Assembly (NCBI GenBank): GCA_051362555.1
Contig: CM120643.1
Span: 2,852,001 to 2,916,000, forward strand
From: Lingula anatina
Lineage: Eukaryota; Animalia; Brachiopoda
DNA: 64,000 nucleotides
Direction of reading: 5' to 3'
A program made the translations under genes and the position numbers. Shown here piece after piece: positions 34,923 to 48,604 of the stretch. How positions within the stretch are numbered: position 1 is the first letter of the stretch; each line of letters begins with the position of its first letter. The notes under the pieces were generated by a model. It had not been told where the DNA came from. It saw nothing but the letters and a program-made list of their open reading frames with translations, and did no database searches.

Positions 34923-36025
34923 ATGATATGAATAACACTTACGCATCTCCGCAAAACGCTTGAGGAAGGCTCTTCAGTAGAACCGAAAATTAGACGGTAC
35001 GAAAGCATTTAGAAAAAAACTGTCTTTGGAATTATTAATTAAACAATCTATGTATATCTACCAGACTAATGAACTTTTTAAGCACATAAGAGCTTTGTTT
35101 GTATATCTCGGATTGAATCAGACATTACAAGTTATAACAGTTAAGAATGTTGCTTTATATTGTTTAGCTTTAGGTAGCTTCACGCCACGTTTCTGTCTTG
35201 TATAATGATTGTACAGCAAATATAAATTCGCTTCAATTCTGAGAAAAATTACACAGGTTTCTCTATTCAGAATTCCCACCTATCTAAATGTAATTCTTTT
35301 GATAGTGCAATTATTACTAATAAATATGCAAGTATTTATGCAACAGAGTTTTTTGGCATTCAAAATCATGTTATCACATGTCAATTCAAGGCGCCATGTA
35401 TTTGCAACTTGTGTACTTATTAATTTGCAAGAGTTAATTGCAAAACTGGTTGTTTATTAAATAAATGAATACAAAAAATTCAATGTCTTTGAAATATTCA
35501 TGACATGAACCACGTCTTACTTCAAGTGGCTATGTCTAAAGAAACATTTGTAAAAAAAACATTTATTACGCAGTATTATTTATCACATTTACCATATTTT
35601 TACCATATTTTGCGGTTATTTTTCTCTCGTAAAAATGAGTATCACGTTATCAATTAAACTTTCATGGACTTTTTTGTTTGAAGGGAAGATATATGGCTTC
35701 TCATTATCCAAAACAATTTTTAAACATCAGACATCCACTGAAATTCCGATACGCGTTCCGCCTCATAATATTGTATAAAATATATTTCAAACGCGTTTCT
35801 CCTGAGCAGTTGACTTCTGATTTATTAACTCTCCATACACGGAACATGGCAGCCTTATGCCTAGAAAAGATTATTTATGTCCAGTTAATAAATTCTTACG
35901 TCCAAATTGCCCATCACATGCCTATTATGTTGTGAATTGATGCATGTAAACATAAAACAGATTAATCTTATCTATGCTTATAGACTCATTGCAAAACAGA
36001 AAAAAAAAAGAAAAACATATAAGAG

Positions 36026-36088
36026 GACGTCATGACTTCATGTGCGTCACACAACACGTCACAATGTCCCTCTCCTCTTATTACGTCA
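36026..36088 (+). promoter_or_regulatory. Cluster of CRE half-sites upstream of the RGS-like gene
   Basis: CGTCA at 36028, 36045, 36057, 36084 plus TGACTTCA at 36033, 70-130 bp before the ATG at 36160. Confidence 0.45.
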
Positions 36089-36159
36089 TAAAAGTCCTGT
36101 CGCTTAGTGATAAAGCATCAAGTGGCCGGCATCTCAGTAAAGTAACCATCATTCTCACC

Positions 36160-39100
36160 ATGGCTAGTGTGGCCGAAACAGGTACGATATCATATTTAAG
36201 ATGCACGTTAATTTTTCAAATATGTTGTGTGAACGTAAATAAAAGATACCCAATGCTTTTGTTTAAAAAAATCAAATTGTGTCAATTAAGTAAGAATTAA
36301 TTCTGCAATAATGCGCTTCTTGTTACGTTCTCCCAGCTATGCCAATATAGATTATTATAGTCTGTAGTATATTTTGCATTTTAAAAACTAACCTTGTTTT
36401 GTGAAACTGGTGAAATAAAGATACAGAAATTGTATGTTTATGTATTCCAGTTCACGTAGTAGAAATATGTAAGTCTTTGTTTCCAGGCCCGCCGAAACTC
36501 GATGCGTGGGAGGTCCCACATCTGCTTCAGGACAAGACATTTACTGATTATTTAAATGTATTTCTCGCTCAGCCGGTGAGTTGTATTTCCCTATTCCTTT
36601 TCAACATCTGAAAAAATATATAGACCTATATTAAATTATATGCTTGTTCCCTCATTTAATCGTTAATTTTTGGGTATCTGATCAATACCTGAAATGTGCG
36701 TATTTTTGTTTTGTTTTGTTTTCTATGAAAAATATTTGAATTTTATATTTGATTTTTATCAAAGTTGAAATACTTACACAGTTTTCAAAGAGCAATGTTG
36801 TGTAGAAATATACTCTATCTCATTTCTTATGCTTAATATCTGTATATCAATTCTTTATTTAAAATTGAAACAACTGTCACCACTCTGAATTTTAGATATT
36901 CCAAGTGAAGTGTTCTTATCTGTATCAGAACAGAGAGTTTACATTCGACCCTCCGTGTGATCCTTGTGTAAGTGGCTTTATAAAAATAATTATATCAATA
37001 ATATCACTTCCATATTTACTGAGGGGTTTTGAATGCAAAAATATGAATCTAACGGGGGAGGGGGCAAGAAACGCGATTCCCATTTGTATACGGTTACTAG
37101 GAAATTTATTCGCTGATCCACGATCGAAGAGTAAAAGAACAGGGTTTAACATAGTCTAATGTATTTTTTATTGGCAATCTAGACAACGATAAATGCATTA
37201 CTAGTATTACATTGTGTTGTGCCTATACCATACTTTATAAAATTTATTATTATTATTTCAAATTTGCAACCCGAGTGATGGATAAATAACTTCTTTGCAT
37301 CGTAGTTGAATTTTACATTCTATCTATCATCCGAGGTAATATGTTATATCATTTATAATTTTATCCATACATATACCATCAGCCTCCGACCAAGTGGACG
37401 TTATCATGGCTCATGAAGACAAGAATTCCCCTCTTTGTCACGACAAAGCTGTACTCAGAATACAAGTTATGTCAGTGGCTGGTCAGACCCAATGAACTCC
37501 GCGTGCAGAAAGGTAAATTATTTGCGGCCTTCGTGAGTGGGATCCTTTCTGAAAATGTCCCTTCACACAAATTAATCAGTTTCAAACATAAGATTTTGGT
37601 GATTTTCTTATTTTTTCTCCAAAAATGAGATTTCTGCGATCATTACAAAAAGTACACGTACACGTACAATTAAATGATAAACGACCTGCATTTGAAATCT
37701 TATAATATCCCTAGTCGTAGAAGAATTTCATCAACTGTGTTATGTTATACGAATTAAGTAATTTGTCTTCAATCAACTGTTTAATATTGAAATAGTTTGC
37801 CCCCCCAGTATTTGGATTGCTAACGGGACTATTGGAGACAAACTATTCCAATAACTGTCTAACAATACATGTACCCGACTAAAGGGAGACACTTAAAAAT
37901 CAAATGCTAATTCAATATCAAAAACACACTTTCAAAGGGATAAGTTATATTAATGCAACGTTCGTCGAAGATTATTTCAATTTATTTATTTTTTCAGACA
38001 AATATGCGGCAGAGTTGAAAAGGTTTCAGACGGCAATAGGTCACGTGGCAGGGATGCGTAAATTTCGTCACTTCCTGTCCGCATCGTCTGGGGAGAGTCT
38101 AGTCAACTTCTGGCTGGACGTAGACAAGGTGCTGAAAACTCCGGTAGAAAGAGCAGACGATGTATGGGAAAATTGGCGCGAAGTCCAAATCCAGTATTTT
38201 CAGACAACTTTTTTCGAGGATTTATGTGGACGGCAATCCTGCAACATTGGTAGGTTGTTCCCGGAGGCGACTGGGGATGGGCTCTTCTTGAGTCACGCCC
38301 AGTTCCAATGTTTACGCGATCTTCAACAGATGGCCGTCAATATCCTAAAGGAATATTGGGTTCCAAAATACATGATCCACATTGGCGCGACTGACGACAG
38401 GCCGATGACAAAATCCGAGCGAGACGCAGACAGAGTCAAGCTTAATGCTATAACCAATATGGAGTATTATCAGTTGGTCAAAAAGTTTGGGAGGTTTACC
38501 GTCTGCAACAGTTTGGAGGAAGGAAAACTGCAGATGGACCCGGGAGCGGGCCCGCACCAGGAGGGACACAAACAGGAGGCCCAGTTTTCGATCGAACACT
38601 CTGTGCGCCATAGGAAGCCAGACGGAGTTCCAAAGCTCCCTCCGGTCCACCGTTCTAGACAACACAAAGAAAGAGTCGCGTTTTTAACCAGCGAAAATCT
38701 TCAACGACTCGAAAGTTTGGACGATCTGCCACACACCGTAAGGAAGCCCAGCTTTATATCTAGCCAAAGCAGCCATGAAGATCAGAGAACTCGGCAAGTG
38801 AAGACCCCCATACTATCATTAAAATCGAAGTCCTTGGTGGCACGTGACAACGAAATAATGCTCCAACATCACATGCAAGATTATTTCGGGGACAAGCACC
38901 AGATGGACGCATTTTGGAAGTTCATCTCCACGCCCGACAGCGTTTGCGGAGAGCCCATGTTTTGCAAGACCCGTAGTTACCGTTTCCGCGCTCAAGAGTG
39001 GCTTTTGGTCACTTGCATTGCCGATGACTCATTGGCGGGCGGACCGTTCCAAGCTTACCTGAAGAGTCAGCACGCGGACGGCGTCCATCCGAGCTTGCTG

Positions 39101-42100
39101 TCCTTCTGGAAAGACGCTCAGGTCCTCTTGTCTCTCCCCGTGGAATCCAAGACTGACGCCCGAGCAGAGACGCTCACGAGTCGACAGGCGGCTAGGATGA
39201 TCAAAACGTATCTTTTGCCTAGTGGACGGAGGCACATACGCTTTCCCGCTCCTCTCCAGAGGCTGATGTTGAGGAAGCTTGTTAACGGCTTCGACGCTCA
39301 GGATGTTCTTCGGTGTGTGCAAGACGCCGTGTGTCAGGTACGTAAACTGACTTAATCAACGTTTTCTTTTTCAATGAAACATTATTTTATTTTTATTTAC
39401 TTATATAACCACCTTTAAAAGATGAATGAAAAAGACGAATAAAGTAAATAAGGAAAAATGTGATGGAATAAAATGATAAACAGCATATATAGAAGACATA
39501 TCATATATATATATATATATATCTTCATGTTTTTAAATAATCATCGTTGATAATACGTTCAAAATGTATAGTAAGTTTGATCACTTTCAAATTGGCAGCT
39601 GAGTTAATTTTTTCATTGTTTTTTTTAAAACGTTGATAATATTCATGAATTTGGAGCTTCATTGTTTAGTTGACAACCAAACACAGGGTTTTACATATTA
39701 TACAGGCAAAATAAAGCAACTATTTGATTTTTACTAAAATTGCATTATTTTTATTTGGTTAATATCAGTAAACAAGTATGATATATGTTTTGCTTTCAGA
39801 CAATAAAACCTGCCTTGGCAAAGTATTTAAAACACGAAAGAAGACTATTTAGGGAGGAGATGGGATTGGTATGTAACCATTTCTACAGTATCATGTTGTA
39901 TAATCAAAGTACTAGGCAAAACCCAAATAACGTCTGTTTTTCCTCCTCCCTTGTATTGTCACAAATAATAATAGTAATTATAATAATAATTATAATGATA
40001 ATAATAATAATGAAATTTTTAAAAATGGGCGACGAAACAAGTTCGATTTTGTTAATGTATTTGAAAGGAATCATCAAAGCACGTACATATTTTCATTCTA
40101 GTGTTGCCATATAGGAAAACCCCTCCCTCCCCCAGACGGCGGGTACGCCATCTTGGCCTTCAAGCTCGCACAGGACATAGCAAGGACTGGTAAATAACAG
40201 CCCCTCCCCCCTCCCCCCGAAATGGCTTAAACTCAAAAGAGTTAACGGCTGACGTCCAAGATTTTTTATGGGCATAATATTGGAATAATGTTCAATAATA
40301 GACATGAAGTGAAGCTTTAACATGAAAATATTGTATTTTGTTTTTTAAGTAAACATTTAAAACGCATATATTTCGTTTACGCTGATTGTTTCTAAAATAT
40401 CAGATCTTCTTTATATTTTACTTGGTCTATTGTATTGTATTTGATCTTTTCAAGTTCTTTATATTTTACTCGGTCTGTTATTAGTCAATGGTTTGCTATT
40501 TTTAATTATTTTAATAAAACATTCAATGTTCATCAATGGTTCCTCCTTGCAGCGACGCCTGGGATTCCTGCTCTAGTCCCGTCAAGAGATTTACAGGCAG
40601 CAGATCCAACGCAAGATTCCGGAAGTCTCCGAGTTCTCTCTCCTGTGTCACGTGACACGTCATGTGAGTCCTTGGTCTGGCAAACTATTTTGGTAACGCC
40701 CCCTTTACACTGGTCGGCGTCCCCTCTGCGTCCCGTAGTACGGCCCCGTTTGAGAGTAAAAAATATAATACTTTACGTGCCGACAAATGGCGGATGATTC
40801 ATTTTGCAACCGAAGTGATGCTTGTGCCTCCTTTCTACGACCACAGCGATGCCAGTTTCATGGTCGTACAAAGAACGCAGAAAGGACGCCGTCCAGTGTA
40901 AAGATGGTTTAACCATGCCTGCTGGTCAACGAAAAATGATCTCCTTTCATTTATTAAAAAATTATATCTCATTTTCTTTCGTTAATATAATTTAGTCATC
41001 TATTTAACCAAGAGTCTTTCAACATTTAGGGCACATCAGGAATTTTGTCAACCAGCCGAAAATTGACGTGAGCAAGATACCCGCACCCCGTCGCAAACCG
41101 GCACCCCCCGTGTCCACCAAACAGGCAGAAGGGGCGTCCGGCATGATCCACTTTGATGTCAAGTTGCCCGCCTATCTCAGACCCTTCAAATGGAGGGATG
41201 ATAAGATCTATAGTAGACCGCCTCGACCAAGGTAATATTAGCACTTCAATTGAGCGTACGTCCAGGCGGAATTTTTTAATGAAAAGTTCGCTCGTGAAAA
41301 ACTTGTTATGAGACATCATTTTCAGAATTACAATTTACGATCTGTGTCCGAGTCCAAAATGTCGTGATGTACCGGTAAATAACGACACGAAAACGGTGTA
41401 GAAAGCATTGGTTATTTTAATGATCTTTGCAGCAAACGCCATACTTATTATGATAATATTATTTTATCTATTTATTAATATACTAAGCTGTTGGCCTACT
41501 ATAGTACATGTTCATGATATGTTTTATAAGGTCTTTTAGTTAGTACGTTGTTCCTTCCGTACTGCGTTCATTAATTTATTCGTTCTTTCATACATTGATG
41601 CATATATTTGTATTCAATTTTCATTCTATGTGCCAACGTAGTGCAATCTTTTTTTTTTTTTTTGAAGGACATTTATGGAGATATTAACAAACGACATACA
41701 CAGGGAGTTTTTCCGTAAATTCCTCATACACAGCGGTGTCTCGGACGTACCGGTCAAGTTTTGGCAGGAGGTCCAGGAAATGAAGAACAAGTCTCATCCT
41801 AAAACGAAAATCAACAAAGTCAACCTTATTGTAAAGAAATACTTCACCAAGAAAAGTAATTGTAACCCGCTTTTAATAATACTTCACCAAACAAAAACGT
41901 ATAATTTTTGCTTGAACTTTATATTAGATTTAGGCGTTAAGTGATTCTTTAAATAACGAAACCAACAGCTATTTCAAAGAATAATAAGAGCAAGGTTTAG
42001 AATATTGTTCTGGAGTTCTGCTTGATTATTTTGATATTTATCTTTGTCATAATATTATCTAACTTGCGTAATGTGTCCTTTCTATGCTCAAAACTGAGTT

Positions 42101-43564
42101 GATGCGACTTAATAGCTGATTGGGAAGCAATACATAAAATAGGACGAAAAATAGCCTACCGATCTGATTATGAACCATTAATAAAAAGTGTTAAGAATTC
42201 AAAGATATTTTGTTTTTTTATAATTGTTCATAAATAATTCGATACTTTCACATTTATTCCCACTTACAGTGAGGGAGAAGATGGACTGCAACGCCGACAT
42301 CATAGAAACCATCCCCAAGGTCTTCCGTGTCACCCCGCCAATGCTAATATCAGCGCAGTCCTGTGTCGCCAAAACGCTGGAGGAAAAATGGTAAGAATTT
42401 CAAGAGGGACATCACGGGAAAATGACGTTTTTTTCCGAAATTGTGGTTTGATATTTCATCTTCTGGAAAACTGGGGACACAAATGGACTGAAGAGTTTAA
42501 ATCGAACTATAGTCCGTTACCCTTTACTTTGTGCAAGTGACATTCGTCCCGTTTACTAACCCAAACACTCCGACTACCCTAACCTCTACTAATCATATTG
42601 GAGCCCATTCCTAGGACTACCATTCCTGTCACATCGGCCAGTAGACAAACTGACTCTTTTATTGAGAAAAATATTCTGTTTGAAACCATTTCCTTTATTT
42701 TATCAGTGTATCAGGGGAACCTTGGTTTTCCTCTCGTAAGGTGAAATTATCACAAAATTGTATATTTTCCCTTTGTTTTCTGATTTTTTAAAGGAATTAC
42801 GCTTACCTTGACACATTCCCAGAGATAGAACCCAGACAGGAAACTAGGTCCGTCCATTCTACGGAGATAGCAGCTGCTGTGATACGCACCTGGACCAAGG
42901 AGAAGACGGTGAGTTAACCACGGTGTATCATCCAGTAATAAACACTGTATACGTAATCTATATACTAATAGGAGATCAGCGAAAGTCTTCTTTTTCGTTT
43001 TTGTCCCAAATTACAATGATCTGTTGACAACTGACAGACGTTAGTAGTATCTTATCGCAGTGGGAAGATAGTGGATTTGATTATAGCTGTTTTAAAAATG
43101 TATATTTTGAAGGTATTTTCTAGCCTTGGGAAATTCCCGTAAAGCTTCGGCATGTGTGACATGTGCGGCATGTGGTGCCCTCTACCAGGACCGCAGTTAT
43201 AACGTGGACATTTCACAGTGCAGAGATTAGCCATCTATTTAACTAGAGACATATCTGACTGTTAATATTAAGTGAAAAAAATCAATCTGTGGCCCTTGTA
43301 GAGGGTACGTGACAGGTATCATATATTATATTGTCAATAACATTATTATCAGAAAGCAGGATTTGCTGGCCCAGTGGTAACGTTTTGGCTGCCAAACACG
43401 GCGGAGTGGGTTCGATTCCCCCTCAGTCCAGTCTTTTTTAAAATAATTATTATATACTAATCTCTTATCATGGTTCAATGATTGATGTGACGGGTATCAG
43501 CTAGTGAGACTTATTAGACGACGAGTTCGCTGGGAACTCTGGGTAATAACCCCCCCCCCCCCCT

Positions 43565-43605
<41 letters not shown>

Positions 43606-46600
43606 CTGCAGTGCAACCGTAACAGCTCGGTTGATTGTGACAAGTAATTAAATCAGTTATAGCCTACAGCGTTATTCACAAATGCTTGTTCACCATTTAT
43701 TATTCCCTTTTCTTTCATTTTTTTTCAGAGAAACCTCTGGATAGGTTTTCTTCGCACCGTGATACAATTTAGAAAAACGATCCTCGACCCCACTGCTGTA
43801 CCTTCATTCATGATGTACATCAAATACGAAATTGCCAAAGAGCTGGACAAGATCAACGAACGTAAGCCCATCACTTTTTTATGTGATACATTTGGTTTAA
43901 GTGTTTAAGAATTTTACAATTTAGTAAACAATGAAAAAATTGTGAAAAAAAAAAACAGCAAAAATAACATCAATAAAATGAAAATTTTATTAGTTAAAAA
44001 TTAAATTGTGAAACAACCAACTTGCAAGATCAACTTATTCGAGCTATTTCTGGAATGCTGTCGTTTGTTTCAACCTGATGGAATATTAATCCCTTTTTTA
44101 TCACGGAAGTAAAACCATCTGTGTGAAATAAATAAATGTCAAATTTTGATCATGATAAAACAGGTAGAAGACAACAGGCCCGTCCAGGTGAGGAATTCAT
44201 CCCGTCCATAGGACCGATTAAGAAAGTGATGAAAAGGAAGTTGATCATCATGGAAAAGTTGCCGAAAGATTTAGAGTTTTGGATTGAAGTGGACAAGTGA
44301 GTTTTTTGATAGAATATGTCATCTCTTTTGTAATGTAACATTGTCGGTGACATCTGAGAAGTTTAAAATAATTTTATTTAATTATTAATCCTCTGTATCT
44401 TTCCCCAATGCCTGCCATTTGCATTTTAATCAGTTACATTACGCCTTTTTGTTAATGCAGATTCAGGGAGCTTTGTGCAATGACAAACGAAGACGCAGAA
44501 GCCGGCAATTTCTCGAAAGACCACCAATACCTGCTGGAGGTAAAGACAAAAACCATCATAGAGTGCTTCTTGGAGTCTGAAATACCACCAAAGCTTCAGG
44601 TAAAGAGTGGGAAACATCTCAAAGCTGTTTTGTGCACATTGAACAATGAGCGCATTCGGAACAGCGGACTAACAGATCCGCGGGTCAAATACGGCCACCG
44701 ACTGAAATGCTTGCCGCTTTATTCCTGATTAGACACTGAATAGATTCCCCGTGGGGATTATGCAACAAGCATTCAAGTGGGTCGGCCATATTTGATCCGC
44801 GGATCTGTTAGTCCTCTGTTCAGAATGCGCTCAAAGACCGCATTCTCAACGAATTGAGCCAGGCTTTACAAATCCTGAGGCTAAAAATGGCGGACGTACA
44901 TGAAAGAAAAACCGCCTAATCTTTTAATAGTCTCTCCGCCTCTCACACGCCTCCCCACACGTCGTCCCTGTGGGGTACAGTAATTAAATCTCGGCTCCGA
45001 ACATGAATATCTCCGTGAATATCTCTGGTGATATTATCTCCGTAGATAGTCTATTCATTGCTGCTCTACGGGCCAATTCATTCCTTTTTCGTCTCTGTTT
45101 TGAAAGATAATAGAACAGAAGAGCTTTTTTCCTTCAATCGCCTTCAGCCGCCACGCTTCCTTCACCACGAGTTTAACTGATGAGCATGCGCACTTAATAT
45201 TTCTCAGGTAGCTTCCGCATGGCGAACGGAGCCGAGATTTAATTACTGTACCCCGCAGGGACGACGTGTGGGGAGGCGTGTGAGAGGCGGAGAGACCATT
45301 AAAAGATTAGGCGGTTTTTCTTTCATGTACGTCCTCCATTTTAGTCTCAGGATTTGTAAAGCCTGGCTCAATTCGTTGAGAATGCGGTCAAAGAGGACAC
45401 GTACACATAAGATGAACGAAGTAGATGCACGTTTCACATTTTTCCACAGGGAAAAATAATCGAAATAGAGCAAACTTGTAATACCTTGTACGAACTAGAT
45501 ATTTTTTCTTTGAGTAACGAAAATTGATCGAAAAAAAAAAAAAAAAAAAAAAAACAACCGTGTAGTACAATGAACTATTTATAATATCCTCAAATCCAAT
45601 TTTTAGATAAACATATCCCAAGAATTAGCAGATCGTATCATCAGTGACTTCCAATCCGGGATCCTGGACCGCAGTCTCTTCCATCAGGCCCTCCTCAGCA
45701 TCTTCCCAACCCTCATCCATATGTGGAAGAAGTAAGTTTTTTCTTCCTTTCTTTCTTCATTTTTTAGAATAATTATTTTATTTTATTGGTGGAAGAACTT
45801 AATTGTGTCATCGGTTCTAAGTTGGCCTGTCTGACTCGTCCGTTCAATTTTAGTTTTTAACCTGAAAAAAGGTTATTTTCTGTCTTTCTTTACCATAAGG
45901 AAATACAGACTTGACATTTAATATGGAATATTTCAGTTTAGAAGGTATGCCTAGGTAAAAATGCATTCTTTTTTCAAAAAAGTCCGATCTCATATAAGAT
46001 ATGTGAATAGGGAAGTGTGTAGTCAGGTGTGTCGTTTCCAATTAACTGAATACCAGGTTAGTTGCGCTGCTGCATTATGTAATATGCAGTGATTCTTGTG
46101 GGTAGTGCTCCTTTGGGCTGGTCAAAGCTTGGCTTTGGCAAAGCATGGTTCTGTCAAAAAAGTATCCATATGTCGGCAACTACTGCATAGCAGAATTTGA
46201 AATTTTGCATGCAAGTGGTCGGGTTTGCAGTGTGTAAAATGAGCTATGCAATGCTATACAAATTTCTTAATCTGTGGCAGAATGGCGCGAAAAAGTCCGA
46301 CATTGCCAGACAGATAATCGCGCCAAAAGAAATGGTCCGCACAGTTTTATAGAGTAATGCCCAGACTGATATACCTACACAGAAACCACACCCAATGTAT
46401 CGATATCTTACCACCAGGGCACAAGACCCACTGTCTTTCGGGATATGCTGTTGAAACTAAACAAAAACCACCCAGTCCGTTCAGAATGAGGGGTAAATTG
46501 CCACCAAAACGCATTTTTCAAGGCCCTTATCGAACACCAAACTGGTTTTAGCAGGTTTAAATTCCAGACGACCTCCGAGGAACCCACTGTAAACAGCAAA

Positions 46601-48604
46601 ACATCGTTGTATGTTTCTCTCATGAACTGGGGACCTTGACCGTTTCTGGGTTGAACACTGAAACCTCGTGGCTTTATTTACTGAGGTCAGATTTCACCTG
46701 TACCGCTCAATTAGTCGAAACAGGTTACAGACATCCAGAAGAGGCCAACGACGAAGCGTGTGCGGCGTCTAAAGTGACCAAGATCATTAACAGCGTCAGT
46801 ATTTGGAGTGGATACCACATTGGTGCCAAAACACCAATGGTAGTCATCGACGAAAACCTGAACCAGATCAAATAAAGGAATAATCTGGGAACCACTTGAC
46901 TATCATTTGATAGGGGGCACCTCAGGAACAATTTTAGGTTGTGTGGTGAGATTTCCGGTTCACACAGAGCACTTTTAATAGCAGATTACGTAGAGAACCA
47001 AGGGAATAAGCAGCTACCTTGGTCATCAAAATCGCCATTTTTGAACCACATAGACAATATGTGGGTAGGCCATTATTCGCCAAATCAATGGTCTATATGT
47101 CCTACAACAAATCTTGACCAAATTGGACAGATTTTGACCGATGCCTGGAATGTTATTCATGATTGAACTCTAAAAACCTAACCCAATTAATGCCTTGCCA
47201 CTTGAGAGCGCTGGTAGCAGCCAGAAGAAGTCAGGTGTAACAGCAACCGTTACTGTGACTAGACACTGACATGAGGGTCCTTTGTGGAGCGTGTAACTCT
47301 TTTACAGACAATAATTTGGAAAATATGGAGATCCAAAATATCTCTTTTAATGGTTGTCGTATGACATAGAATAGGCAATGTGTTTTTGTTTACTTCTCTG
47401 GCGAATTCCATTAATGAACTGATGTCAAAATGACATAATTCATAATTCAAAGTTATTAAAACACGATTTTAATCCTTGTTTTCATTTATCAGTCAACAAA
47501 ATAGGAAAAAAACTGATGAAAAATGATTTGGAAAAAAAATATTCCATATTAAATGTCAAGTCTGTATTATATTTTAAATTCACTGTTCAGTTTATTCTTT
47601 CGAGACATACATGAACAGTATTTACGCAGCAAAGTAAAACGCCAAAAATCATAATCCTAAAATATTATGTTTGCTTTTAATTCTGTAGGCCTACATCATA
47701 ATGTCGAATTTTTTTCTTTCTGAAAATTCAATCACGCTTAAAACTTGATATTTTTGCCTCGTGTTTTTCATACCAATTATATTGTCAGGTTCAACAAGCA
47801 CAGATTTGCGCCCCCAAGTGACGTTACGGTCAAGGTAGAGCCTGTAGTGCCATTGAAGACCCGTCCCAAGGGCCGCGTCACGCCGCACGCTAACTCCCCC
47901 ATACCCGATTTCTTTGCTCTCTCTGTTGAAAAAGCCAAAAAGATTATCAAAAGAGCAACTGGTAAGTTTTGTAATAAACTCCCAATCAGCTGTTTTTTTT
48001 TATTAGAAGCGTCTGTGCGAGAAGTTAATATAAACCCGAGGGCGGCCGTAGAAAAAGTATTTGTTTTCTCTACATTTATCCGTGTGCGTTAATTTCTGTA
48101 GACAATTTTATTCTGAAGGACACTTCTCAATATTTTCTAAGGATTTTTTTACGATGGCAACATGTTTGATTTATTTTCCAAAACTATCTTCCCCTAGGTG
48201 TTGACGTGTTTAGTGACGTGGAACAGCGATTCCTTTTCTCCCTTCAAGAAGGCCTCCGCCACGTGGTCCCTATGACACGTGAGGAGATGAACGCCATGAA
48301 AAGCACGCGCAGCCAGAGCAGCACCACCATACATTCGGGCATCGCAGATAGAAAGCAGACGACAAACCCTGCGGCGAGTAAAATGAGCCTGAAAAACGCA
48401 AGTCGTTTATCGATTGGTTCCGTGCAAAGGAAACGCAGCCACAGGAATCGTAAGTCGGCCAATCGCATGGCACGTGGCGCGCAGGACCCTAACAACTACA
48501 AGGAACTGAAGAAGATGAGCCGAATGCTGCTCCCACCAAGTGATGGCAGCCTTCCAAAACTGCATATCTCTCCACAGACAAGCGAGGAACTAATTGTTCA
48601 GTGA
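36160..48604 (+). CDS. RGS22/RGSL1-like multi-RGS-domain protein, ~1218 aa, 18 exons
   Basis: Exons 36160-36181, 36487-36575, 36896-36967, 37383-37512, 37998-39337, 39800-39868, 40102-40189, 40553-40663, 41030-41231, 41668-41855, 42270-42390, 42794-42908, 43729-43861, 44164-44296, 44461-44599, 45607-45731, 47789-47961, 48198-48604 join in frame (3657 nt). RGS22-like N-terminus FTDYLNVFLAQP...RIPLF...YSEYKL; RGS-fold signatures VNFWLDV, LSFWKDA, VKFWQEV, LEFWIEV. Exons 7-8 are the least certain. Confidence 0.82.
40697..40909. mobile_element. MITE family D, copy 4 (intronic)
   Basis: Same TIRs; TAA TSD 40694-96/40910-12. Confidence 0.85.
43359..43430 (+). pseudogene. tRNA-like relic (tRNA-Gly(GCC)-like pseudogene or SINE head)
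   Basis: 72 nt; A box TGGCCCAGTGG, B box GGTTCGATTCC, imperfect acceptor stem GGATTTG/TCAGTCC, followed by T6; D and anticodon stems do not pair canonically. Confidence 0.55.
44648..44832. mobile_element. Hairpin MITE related to family F
   Basis: GAGCGCATTCGGAACAGCGGACTAACAGATCCGCGGGTCAAATA / TATTTGATCCGCGGATCTGTTAGTCCTCTGTTCAGAATGCGCTC; similar to 14265-14438. Confidence 0.8.
44836..45389. mobile_element. Long-TIR (~160 bp) MITE with GACCGCATTC termini
   Basis: 44836-44998 is the near reverse complement of 45227-45389; AAA on both flanks (44833-35/45390-92). Confidence 0.88.
45906..47564 (+). mobile_element. Tc1/mariner DNA transposon with decayed transposase, copy 2 (intronic)
   Basis: Same 28-bp TIR, TA TSD; relic motifs SVSIWSGYHIGAKTPMVVIDENLN, HRALLIADYVENQG, LPWSSKSPFLNHIDNMW. 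Confidence 0.92.

Noticed and set aside
37904-39355. 483-aa ORF as a standalone gene
   Set aside because: It is exon 5 (37998-39337) of the RGS22/RGSL1-like gene plus intronic read-through.
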